Assembly (NCBI GenBank): GCA_031316235.1 | Contig: JALDRA010000001.1 | Coordinates: 1,590,001 to 1,622,000, forward strand | Length of the DNA: 32,000 bases | Source of the DNA: Candidatus Scalindua sp. | GTDB lineage: Bacteria > Planctomycetota > Brocadiia > Brocadiales > Scalinduaceae | Reading direction: 5' to 3' | Made by a program: the position numbers and the translations under genes | Shown here: piece by piece, positions 7,475-15,857 of the stretch | Position numbering within the stretch: position 1 is the first letter of the stretch | Layout: each line of letters begins with the position of its first letter | Notes under the pieces: generated by a model | Database searches by the model: none | What the model was told of the DNA's origin: nothing | Seen by the model: only the letters and a program-made list of their open reading frames with translations

Positions 7475-8297
7475 CTGGCATTTTATTGATTTCTTCTGCT
7501 GTAAATACGGGGCCTTCTTTACAAACATACGTACAGCCAATATTGCATCTTCCACACTTACCCAATCCACATTTCATTCTATTTTCAAGAGTCGTATACA
7601 CTTTTTCTTGTTTGAAACCAAGCTTCTCAAGCACTGGCAACGTGAACTTAATCATTATGGGGGGGCCACAGACTATTGCTATTGCGTTATTACTGGAAGG
7701 CTCAGCCTGCTCAACGACTGTGGGTACAAAACCCACTTTACCAGGCCAATCTGGTGTCTCGCCACCGGGATCGACCGTGGTGATCAGATTCACATCATCC
7801 CTCGCATCCCACTCTTTCAGTTCATGTTTGTAGACGAGATCAGCAACCGATTTCGCACCATAAATAATAGTAACATCCTTAAATCTATCCCGTAAATCAA
7901 GGCAATTCCAGATAACACTTCGCAATGGAGGCAACGCTATACCCCCTGCGATAAAAACGAGGTTTTTCCCTTCCCATTCTTCAATGGGGAACACATTCCC
8001 GTATGGTCCCCTGAATCCTAAGGTATCCCCGACATTCAGCTCTCTTAATGCATTGGTTACCCTTCCCGCCTCCCTGAAAGTACATTCAATGGCATCCATT
8101 CGTGTGGGTGATGATGCTATACAAAAGGTGCATTCACCGTAACCAAACGCAGAATAGAGTGCAAACTGCCCTGCCTTGAATTGAAATTTCTTTCCTTCAT
8201 CTTCGTTTAAGAAATTGAGCCTGAATGTTCTCACACCCGGGGCCTCTTCAATCATATCACGTATATTCATGAGATAAGGTCTATATATATTATCCAT
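7464..8297 (-). CDS. flxA: FAD/NAD(P)-binding oxidoreductase with C-terminal 2Fe-2S site (FlxA / AsrB / HydG-like)
   Basis: This is a 277-aa ORF with an FNR-type fold (FCIASSP, LVFIAGGIALPPL, AIVCGPPIM). Its C-terminal cluster motif is CGLGKCGRCNIGCTYVC. It is the last gene of an hdrCBA-flxDCBA-ordered cluster. Confidence 0.8.
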   Translation of the reverse strand: MDNIYRPYLMNIRDMIEEAPGVRTFRLNFLNEDEGKKFQFKAGQFALYSAFGYGECTFCIASSPTRMDAIECTFREAGRVTNALRELNVGDTLGFRGPYGNVFPIEEWEGKNLVFIAGGIALPPLRSVIWNCLDLRDRFKDVTIIYGAKSVADLVYKHELKEWDARDDVNLITTVDPGGETPDWPGKVGFVPTVVEQAEPSSNNAIAIVCGPPIMIKFTLPVLEKLGFKQEKVYTTLENRMKCGLGKCGRCNIGCTYVCKEGPVFTAEEINKMPDEF

Positions 8298-8299
8298 AT

Positions 8300-9328
8300 T
8301 TATTCCTTATTCCCCGGTTGGCTTGCTTCAGTTGCAATTATTTCAAGCATTTCAGAAATATTCATATCTGCCGGACAAACCCGTGAACATCTTCCGCAGC
8401 CAACACAGAGGATACTGTCAAACTTTTCTACATAATATTTAAACTTATGCATAATTCTCTGGCGCCACCGTTCTCCCTGGGTGGATCTGGGATTGTGACC
8501 AGAAGTATGCATTGTAAACATCTTGAACTGGCACCCGTCCCAGTTCTTGACCCTGTCTCCCTTTGTCATCGTACACTCATCAACAATGTCAAAACAATGG
8601 CAAGTAGGACACACAAATGTACACGCACCGCAGCCGATACATTTTAAAGAAAAATCCGTCCATACCGTATGAACAAAATTCTCATCAAGCCAGGATTTTA
8701 CTTTCTCAATTTCAAATTTTTTCTCAACTGTTGCGACCTGCCGGTCCGAGGCTTCTGACAAAGGATCAGAAAAAACTCCCTCAAACTCCTTTATCAGGCT
8801 TTCACCCTTTTCAGTAACTGTTTCAACTACATAATCATCACCAGAAATTTTAGTAAACAGTACGTCACTTCCCCCTTTTGCATCCGGGGCCAGACCTACT
8901 GATGTACAAAAGCAGTACGTGTCACACTTATCGCATGCAATAGTTACTATCGTAACAGCCTCTCTCCTTTGCACCCAGAATTTATCACTGCAGTCCCAGT
9001 TAAAGACTTTATCCATGACAGGAAGACTGAAAGCGTCACAAGGCCTCGAACCGAAGATTACGGATTTAACGGCAAAATCTTCCGGCTCTTCGATCTGAAC
9101 ATTATTTTTCTCCATCCTGTAAGATAAGACTTTCTCTGTCTTTGGAAAAAAGAATTCCTTTATGGAGTTATTGGTTATTACATGGTCAAGGGAGATCTCG
9201 CCTCCTCCCTGAACCTCATCAAGAACGATAAGGTTATTGTCTTTTTTGGGAGCAATTGTCTTGTACCCCTTCCCCCTTAAACTGGTAATGAAATTATCAA
9301 AATCTTTTTTATTTAAGCGTTTTTCCAC
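8300..9328 (-). CDS. flxB: 4Fe-4S cluster protein, AsrA/HydB-like (FlxB-like)
   Basis: This 342-aa ORF carries the Cys motifs CIGCGACTFVCPTCHC and CVGCGRCSRVCP. Its size and position match flxB of Flx-Hdr clusters. Confidence 0.72.
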   Translation of the reverse strand: MEKRLNKKDFDNFITSLRGKGYKTIAPKKDNNLIVLDEVQGGGEISLDHVITNNSIKEFFFPKTEKVLSYRMEKNNVQIEEPEDFAVKSVIFGSRPCDAFSLPVMDKVFNWDCSDKFWVQRREAVTIVTIACDKCDTYCFCTSVGLAPDAKGGSDVLFTKISGDDYVVETVTEKGESLIKEFEGVFSDPLSEASDRQVATVEKKFEIEKVKSWLDENFVHTVWTDFSLKCIGCGACTFVCPTCHCFDIVDECTMTKGDRVKNWDGCQFKMFTMHTSGHNPRSTQGERWRQRIMHKFKYYVEKFDSILCVGCGRCSRVCPADMNISEMLEIIATEASQPGNKE

Positions 9329-9398
9329 GTCGGGATTCCAAAATAGTTTTCAGCAATTTATAGTTAAAATAGGCAGTAAAAATTTGCGGACAGTCGTT

Positions 9399-10244
9399 CT
9401 ACTTGACAAAATCCTGGTTGTCCTTTGCATTGTAAGTAGACATCGCGAGCTCATCATCAATATTATAGCCCGGTCTATAATTAAAATTCTTTTCTGCCTC
9501 CTTGGCGAGCTTCTTGTTCAGGAGATTGAGGGGGATATCTGCCGGACACACCCTCTGGCACTCTTCACAATTAATACATCTACCGGCTAAGTGATAAGCC
9601 CTTGTAACGTTCCATGAAAGATTGCCGCGTGCGTGCGCACTGGGATCTATCCATTGTGGCTGATTTTTTTCAACAATACACCTGTCACAAAAACAGAGCG
9701 GACAGATGTTGCTGCAGGCGTAACATTTAATACATTTTTCAAACTGCTTCTGCCAGAATTCCCATTTTCCCTTTTCTGACATCTTCTCATATTCATCCAG
9801 TTCCGCATATCTTTCGTCAAAGGAGAGCTCCTTGTTTTCCACCTTTTCACCTACTAAATCGTCGTATATCCTTGGCGTATGAACATCGCAGGCTTTACAT
9901 TTCACAGCCAAAGGCTCCCCTACACCCTGACAGGTGACACCGAGAATATACACATCTTCACGCTTAATCTGGCTCTCCTTGATGAGAACAATCACCGTCT
10001 TTGCATCACAGCCCTTTACAATGATCGCCGGTTTCCCGAGTTTCCTGGTTTCCTGCCTCTTAAGGTAGGTTGTAAGGTTATAGACACAGTATTGGTTCCA
10101 TGTCAATTTATTTACATCTTCAGGTTTTGTAATAAATACGGGCCTTGTTCTTTCAGGTGTACTCCCTTCGCCATAGCCAAAAACAACGTTTACCGTATTA
10201 CTCCTGAGGAGCTCCTCAGCCTTTTTTCTTAAAGCCTCAATCAT
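9399..10244 (-). CDS. flxC: 4Fe-4S dicluster protein (FlxC-like)
   Basis: This 281-aa ORF carries the Cys motifs CIKCYACSNICPLCFCDRC and CINCEECQRVCP. It lies between the mvhD-like and flxB-like genes. Confidence 0.7.
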   Translation of the reverse strand: MIEALRKKAEELLRSNTVNVVFGYGEGSTPERTRPVFITKPEDVNKLTWNQYCVYNLTTYLKRQETRKLGKPAIIVKGCDAKTVIVLIKESQIKREDVYILGVTCQGVGEPLAVKCKACDVHTPRIYDDLVGEKVENKELSFDERYAELDEYEKMSEKGKWEFWQKQFEKCIKCYACSNICPLCFCDRCIVEKNQPQWIDPSAHARGNLSWNVTRAYHLAGRCINCEECQRVCPADIPLNLLNKKLAKEAEKNFNYRPGYNIDDELAMSTYNAKDNQDFVK

Positions 10245-10300
10245 TCAGACACTCTCCATTTATACCCCGAGAGCAGACGTGTGAGCCTGCCTCTATTTTA

Positions 10301-10798
10301 CTATTTACATTCACAGCCTTTATCACTGGAAGAGACAAAACCTTCGCCCGAACCAGCAGGTCCGATTGCATTAATTTTTTGATACCCTTCAAACGGCCCT
10401 AAAGCCCGAACGGCATCAATTACACCGTTTATGGTTTCTACCCACTTCCCACCTTCAGCAGCTGAAATCCATGAAAACTGGATTCTGTCCGGATTGATAC
10501 CACAGAATTCAAGCAGCGGTTTAAATACATTCCACCTGCGCCTGGCATGGTAATTACCCGTATTATAGTGACAGTCACCAGGGTGGCATCCTGAGACCAG
10601 AATTCCATCGGCACCTCGCTCAAATGCCTTTATCAGAAACAACGGGTCTATCCCGCCGGTGCATGGAAGCTTGATTATTCGAACATTTGCCTGATATTGC
10701 TTTCTCCCCGTTCCCGCAAGATCTGCCCCGGCATACGTGCACCAGTTACAGAGAAATGCAACAATTTTCGGTTCGAATGTAGTTTGATTTGACATCAC
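10301..10798 (-). CDS. flxD: MvhD-family iron-sulfur protein (FlxD / methyl-viologen-reducing hydrogenase delta subunit-like)
   Basis: This 165-aa ORF shows the typical MvhD pattern: KIVAFLCNWCTYAGADLAG, KLPCTG and VSGCHPGDCHY. Confidence 0.85.
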   Translation of the reverse strand: MMSNQTTFEPKIVAFLCNWCTYAGADLAGTGRKQYQANVRIIKLPCTGGIDPLFLIKAFERGADGILVSGCHPGDCHYNTGNYHARRRWNVFKPLLEFCGINPDRIQFSWISAAEGGKWVETINGVIDAVRALGPFEGYQKINAIGPAGSGEGFVSSSDKGCECK

Positions 10799-10816
10799 AT
10801 AAAAACAAAAATTAAG

Positions 10817-12862
10817 TTAATTAAATTCTACGGAGTTGATTTCCGCAAACACCTGTTCATCGGTAAAGCCTGCCAACTCGACACTCTTTGACCTGCAGGT
10901 TGCAGCACACAAACCGCACCCCTGGCACAGGCCCTCATTTACCCTGGCAACGGTCTTTATCACGCTGCCATCACGAGCCTTTATCTCTTCCTGCTCAATA
11001 GCACCATACGGACAGACTCTTTGACAGTAAAAACATCCTATACACGTTGAAAATACCGGCGGGGGTAATCTGTCAACTTTAGCAATTACCGGTTCTCGTT
11101 CCAGCTGATCCGACGACAGCAATGCCATAACTTTAGCTGCAGCCCCGCTTGCCTGTGCCACCGTTTCCGGTATGTCCTTCGGGCCCTGGCAGGCCCCTGC
11201 AAGAAAAATCCCGGCATTACTGCTTTCGACTGGTCGGAGTTTCGGATGTAATTCTGAAAAGAACCTGTCTTTGTCATATTGTATGCTGAGAGTCCGTGCA
11301 ACGACATCAGCATCATCCTGCGCCTTCATTGCAGAAGCAAGAACAACCATATCTGCCTCAATCTCAACCTGAGAACCTGTTAACGTATCAGCTCCCAGAA
11401 CAACCAGCTTCTCTCCTTTTTTGTAGATTCTGGACACACGCCCCCTCAGGTATGTAGCCCCCTCTTCTTCGATCGCCCTCAGCGAAAACTCTTCATAATT
11501 CTTTCCGCCACATCTGATATCAATATAGAAGACAAAGGCGTGACCGTGATGAACCTTATGTTTATACAGCATTGTATGTTTGGCCGTATACATACAACAG
11601 GTTTTTGAACAGTACGAACAACCTTTCGCAGGATCACGAGAACCAACACACTGAATAAACACGATAATCTCCGGCTCTTTACCATCAGAAGGCCTTCTTA
11701 TCTCACCTTCCGTTGGCCCGGAAGCACTCGCAAGACGCTCAAACTGCAACCCCGTTATCACATCTTTATATTTACCCTTACCATATTCACCATAGACATT
11801 GTTCGGCAGCTCCTTGTAACCGGTAGCGACAACAATAGCCCCCACTTTCACTTCCACAATCTCATCTTCCTGTGCATAGTCGATTGCCTTGACGGGCGCT
11901 ATCGGGCACACATCGTAACACTTTCTGCAAACCTTAGACTCTTCGGGCGGTATGTTCTTCTTCCGTGCATCCCGGTACAAGAGACAGTGCTCCTTATCAA
12001 TTACCGGTTTACTCGGAATTGCCTGTGGAAATGGAATATAGATGGCCGTTCTGTTCCCCAGCCCCGTATCAAACTCACTCTTGATTTTTTTGCTCGGACA
12101 CACCTGCCAGCATGAACTACAGCCGGTACACAAGTCAAGATCAACCGCTCTTGCCTTTTTTCGGATTTTGACGTTAAAATTCCCTATATAGCCACCAACC
12201 GACTCTACCTCGGACCAGGTATAGAGCGTAATGTTATCATGCTGTGCAACCTCAACCATTCTCGGAGTCAAAATACATTGTGAGCAGTCAAGAGTTGGAA
12301 ACGTTTCAGACAATTGGGCCATATGCCCGCCAATCGACGCATCTTTCTCCACGAGTATGACCTCGTTCCCCCCATCAGCTATATCCAACGCCGCCTGTAT
12401 CCCTGCAATTCCACCTCCAATAACCAGAGCTCGTTTCGTCACAGGAACTTTTATTGCCTCCAGTGATCTATCCTTACGGGTTTTTTCGGTCATCATCCTC
12501 ACTAAATCAATGGATTTCTCCGTCCCCTGAGCCTTGTCCTGATGCACCCATGAACACTGCTCCCGGATATTCGACACCTCAACCTGATACGGGTTCAAGC
12601 CTGTCTTTACCGCGGCATTACGAAATGTCCGTTCATGCATCTTTGGAGAACAGGCTGCCACCACTACTCCGGTCAACCCCTCTTCCGCAATCTTATCCCT
12701 TAACAATTTCTGCCCGGGATCCGAACACATATATTTATATGTCGTAGCATACGAGACACCCGGATACTTCTTCTTGGCCTCTTCTGCAACTTTCTCAACG
12801 TCAACTGTAGCAGAGATATTCGTACCACAGTGACAGACAAAAACACCGATCTTTTTACCCAC
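10817..12862 (-). CDS. hdrA: Heterodisulfide reductase subunit A-like flavoprotein (HdrA)
   Basis: This 681-aa ORF has the FAD Rossmann motif VIGGGIAGIQAALDIA and the HdrA signature IQCVGSRD. Its 4Fe-4S motifs are CTGCSSCWQVCP, CRKCYDVCP, CIGCFYCQRVCP and CQGCGLCAATC. Confidence 0.9.
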   Translation of the reverse strand: MGKKIGVFVCHCGTNISATVDVEKVAEEAKKKYPGVSYATTYKYMCSDPGQKLLRDKIAEEGLTGVVVAACSPKMHERTFRNAAVKTGLNPYQVEVSNIREQCSWVHQDKAQGTEKSIDLVRMMTEKTRKDRSLEAIKVPVTKRALVIGGGIAGIQAALDIADGGNEVILVEKDASIGGHMAQLSETFPTLDCSQCILTPRMVEVAQHDNITLYTWSEVESVGGYIGNFNVKIRKKARAVDLDLCTGCSSCWQVCPSKKIKSEFDTGLGNRTAIYIPFPQAIPSKPVIDKEHCLLYRDARKKNIPPEESKVCRKCYDVCPIAPVKAIDYAQEDEIVEVKVGAIVVATGYKELPNNVYGEYGKGKYKDVITGLQFERLASASGPTEGEIRRPSDGKEPEIIVFIQCVGSRDPAKGCSYCSKTCCMYTAKHTMLYKHKVHHGHAFVFYIDIRCGGKNYEEFSLRAIEEEGATYLRGRVSRIYKKGEKLVVLGADTLTGSQVEIEADMVVLASAMKAQDDADVVARTLSIQYDKDRFFSELHPKLRPVESSNAGIFLAGACQGPKDIPETVAQASGAAAKVMALLSSDQLEREPVIAKVDRLPPPVFSTCIGCFYCQRVCPYGAIEQEEIKARDGSVIKTVARVNEGLCQGCGLCAATCRSKSVELAGFTDEQVFAEINSVEFN

Positions 12863-12904
12863 TACCCACTCCTTGTTAAACAGAAAAAATGCTCAATACC
12901 CCTT

Positions 12905-13774
12905 TTACGTATACGCATCAACGACAGACTTCGTATCAACAAAGTGCTTATCCAATCCAAGACCTATGGGACCCAAGCCCAGGGCAAGCCCGATAAGCTC
13001 TGAAATATACACAATAGGGATATTAAATTTACGCTTGTACTCTTTTTCAATCTTTTTTTGCCTCATATCAAGATTTGCATGACACATTGGACATGCTACT
13101 GCTATAGCATGCGCACCTGCCTCCTCTGCACCCTCCAAGATATCATTTGTCAGCTTCACGACCACATCTGTACGGCTAAGAGTAAAGCCGCCTCCGCAGC
13201 AATTTGTTTTAAATTCCCACTCTATAGGCTCGGCACCTATCGCCCTGACAATCTCATCCATTGACTGAGGATCCTCCGGATCATCAAACTTCAGCACCTT
13301 AGGAGGTCTCACCAGGAGACATCCGTAATAACAGGCAACCTTGAAACCCTTGGCGGTTTTTTTAATTTTCTGCTTGATTTCATCCATATAGTAATTCTTC
13401 ACAATCTCAAGATAATTGGAGACCTTCACCTTGGTACCACAGGGCATCTCTATAGCGTCCTCGACTTCCCTTTTCAGGACAGCATCTTCCTGCACATCCT
13501 TTTGAGAGATAATGAGTCGCTGAGAACACATCGGACAGGGTGCCAGAATTTCCTTATACTCATGTTTCTCCGCAAGGCTTAGATTTCTCACAGACAAAGC
13601 CGTAGACAGCTTGTGGTTAGTTGCGTGTGCCGAAGAAGCACCGCAGCAGCTCCAATCGGGAATCTCTTCGATCTCAGGGCCAATTACTTTCGACACCCTC
13701 ATTACAGAGGTACCATATTCCTCAGAACTTGAACCTTTTGTTATTGCACAACCCGGATAATAACCAATCTTCAT
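12905..13774 (-). CDS. hdrB: Heterodisulfide reductase subunit B-like (two CCG domains)
   Basis: This 289-aa ORF has two CCG motifs (DWSCCGASS and KTNCCGGGF) plus APCPMC and VACPMCHANL. Confidence 0.9.
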   Translation of the reverse strand: MKIGYYPGCAITKGSSSEEYGTSVMRVSKVIGPEIEEIPDWSCCGASSAHATNHKLSTALSVRNLSLAEKHEYKEILAPCPMCSQRLIISQKDVQEDAVLKREVEDAIEMPCGTKVKVSNYLEIVKNYYMDEIKQKIKKTAKGFKVACYYGCLLVRPPKVLKFDDPEDPQSMDEIVRAIGAEPIEWEFKTNCCGGGFTLSRTDVVVKLTNDILEGAEEAGAHAIAVACPMCHANLDMRQKKIEKEYKRKFNIPIVYISELIGLALGLGPIGLGLDKHFVDTKSVVDAYT

Positions 13775-13808
13775 TTTTTCCTCTATCTTGCTCGCAAACT
13801 ATTACCCC

Positions 13809-14369
13809 TTATTTGGGTTTACATTTTTTAAATATTCGGGCTATAGCGTCCTTCCCCTTAATGTCGTGAGGCAGAAATGATAGTTTTCCTTTCGCTATCA
13901 TATGAGGCGCAACTGCCAGATCCTGCAAAGCAGTTTTAGGCCTTTTCATCTTGTACTCATTTAACATCCACACCTCAGAGATACGGCCATGTTTTTTGAC
14001 AGAGTTAAGAAATGATTCATGAAACGCAGTAATATTCTTTTCTAATGGATTGGCAAGATTCTCTTCCAATGCCATCTCCCGTAAAACATCCATCAATTCT
14101 GCAATCTTGACCTCTTTAGGACACCTCGTGCTGCAGGTTATACAGGATGCGCACAGCCAGATAGTTCTCGATGTCAAGGCCTCCCGCCGGGCGCCTATCT
14201 GAACTAACCGTATAATCTGATTTGGCATATAGTCCATTTCATATGCAACCGGACATCCTGCCGTACATTTCCCGCACTGGTAACACTCTTTCACCTTAAT
14301 CCCGCTTCGCTTCTCAACTTCTTTTGCAAAATCGGAACTCGTATTGTCTAAATTTATCTTTATCTTCAT
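13809..14369 (-). CDS. hdrC: Heterodisulfide reductase subunit C-like (2x 4Fe-4S)
   Basis: This 186-aa ORF carries CYQCGKCTAGCP and CASCITCSTRCP. It is the first gene of the minus-strand cluster. Confidence 0.85.
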   Translation of the reverse strand: MKIKINLDNTSSDFAKEVEKRSGIKVKECYQCGKCTAGCPVAYEMDYMPNQIIRLVQIGARREALTSRTIWLCASCITCSTRCPKEVKIAELMDVLREMALEENLANPLEKNITAFHESFLNSVKKHGRISEVWMLNEYKMKRPKTALQDLAVAPHMIAKGKLSFLPHDIKGKDAIARIFKKCKPK

Positions 14370-14518
14370 GATAATTTTATTTATAAATATACCGAGTGCA
14401 CATTATACTAAACCGTAAATAAATGTCAAAAGATTAAATCATTTTTTGACATGCGGGGGGTGTGTATCCCCATAAGCCCCCACTTTCAAACCAGAAACTT
14501 TCAGGATCAAATACTCCC

Positions 14519-15556
14519 ATGAGGGATCAAATAACGGCAAGAATCCTCCTTGTTGACGATAGAAAAGAAAATCTTTTCGCACTTGAAAAAATTCTAGAGA
14601 GACCTGGATTGGAAATCATGAAAACCAGTTCAGGGAATGACGCCCTTGCGTTGGTACTCGAATTTGATTTTGCGCTTATTCTTCTTGATGTTCAGATGCC
14701 AGACATGGACGGGTTTGAAACTGCCGAAATCATGAGGGGAGACGAAAAAACAAAGCATATTCCTATTATATTTGTCACGGCAATCAACAAAGATCAGAGA
14801 TTTGTTTTTAAAGGATATGAATCAGGGGCCGTAGATTATCTATCAAAGCCGTTGGATCCTTATATCTTAGAGAGCAAGGTTGCAGTTTTCCTCGACCTGT
14901 ACACACAAAGAAAACTCCTTTTAGGCACAACACAAAAGCTGAACATGACAATAGATAAGTTAAAGGCTTCACAAAAAACCATCGAAGAACAAAATGCCCT
15001 CCTACAAGAGGCCTCGCTGAGAGATGAATTAACAGGTCTTTACAATCGCCGTTATATGAATGAAATCCTGGAAAAGGAGTTTTTTCGTGCCGTAAGATAC
15101 CAGACAGATCTCTCTTGCCTCCTGTTTGATATCGATTTTTTCAAAAGCGTCAATGACACCTATGGACATGCCTTCGGCGATGTTGTGCTGAGAGGTATTT
15201 CCGATTGCCTAAGGCGTGACATAAGAATGACAGACCTCTCTTTTCGATACGGTGGAGAAGAATTTATGATACTGCTCTTCAATACCGGTATTGAGGGTGC
15301 CATAATTGTTGCAGAAAAAATACGCTCTTCCTGCGAGTCAACAATACATAACGATGGAACCAATACGAAAACCATAACCATCAGCATCGGTGCAGCATCA
15401 TTGAGACATCATCAACCGGCTGACGGTAAAGAGCTCATTATATTTGCAGACAAAGCCCTTTATCGTGCCAAGGAAGAAGGAAGAAATCGGGTCCGGGTCT
15501 ATGGAGAAGAAAAATCTGACGAAATGAGAGACCGAAAACCGGGAAGCACCAGATAG
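14519..15556 (+). CDS. Response regulator receiver - coiled coil - GGDEF diguanylate cyclase (WspR/PleD-like)
   Basis: The ORF track starts at a GTG (14462), but the ATG at 14519 gives MRDQITARILLVDD, the usual spacing before the REC domain. The REC phospho-acceptor context is LILLDVQMPDMDG. The active site is GGEEF, and RMTD lies exactly 5 residues upstream of it (an RxxD inhibitory-site motif). Confidence 0.9.
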   Translation: MRDQITARILLVDDRKENLFALEKILERPGLEIMKTSSGNDALALVLEFDFALILLDVQMPDMDGFETAEIMRGDEKTKHIPIIFVTAINKDQRFVFKGYESGAVDYLSKPLDPYILESKVAVFLDLYTQRKLLLGTTQKLNMTIDKLKASQKTIEEQNALLQEASLRDELTGLYNRRYMNEILEKEFFRAVRYQTDLSCLLFDIDFFKSVNDTYGHAFGDVVLRGISDCLRRDIRMTDLSFRYGGEEFMILLFNTGIEGAIIVAEKIRSSCESTIHNDGTNTKTITISIGAASLRHHQPADGKELIIFADKALYRAKEEGRNRVRVYGEEKSDEMRDRKPGSTR

Positions 15557-15726
15557 ATTTCTCTCTCTCCTGTTATTTGTGTTTACATATCATAGGGGTC
15601 TACATATAATCATGGTTGAACAAAAACTACCCACCTGCTGCATTGCTGTAATAATTACGTAATCTTCAAGCACATGGGTACGTTCCGGTTACGCAATTAG
15701 TACGCGTCTTGTATCCGGGCACTTTT

Positions 15727-15757
15727 GGTTCAACCACTGGGTTTCCGTTCAGGCACT
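15727..15757 (-). repeat. 31-nt recurrent intergenic motif (reverse-complement copy): AGTGCCTGAACGGAAACCCAGTGGTTGAACC
   Basis: By hand alignment it is 30/31 identical to 30337-30367 on the plus strand. It lies about 100 nt upstream of cysS. Confidence 0.7.
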
Positions 15758-15857
15758 AATCAGTCAATTACCATTGGCATGCATTCTGAACCTTAAGCAA
15801 AAATACTATCTATTAACCATCTAAATTTAAGACTTTTTTTCAAGAAATAACATTAAA

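Noticed and set aside
7475-7570. Longer N-terminal extension of the mobB ORF (start at 7570)
   Set aside because: It would overlap the flxA-like gene by 107 nt and place 32 non-homologous residues before the N-terminal P-loop. The Met at 7474 fits the MobB architecture.
10817-12862. Possible in-frame selenocysteine (TGA) in HdrA or MvhD-like genes, as occurs in some anaerobes
   Set aside because: All hdr and flx reading frames are continuous with Cys at the relevant positions (for example IQCVGSRD). There are no interrupted frames or split ORFs.
15557-15857. T-box leader or tRNA gene upstream of cysS
   Set aside because: The only GGTGGGTA-like stretch resembling a T-box core is on the wrong (minus) strand. 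GGTTCAACC resembles a T-arm, but no acceptor, D or anticodon arms can be built around it.
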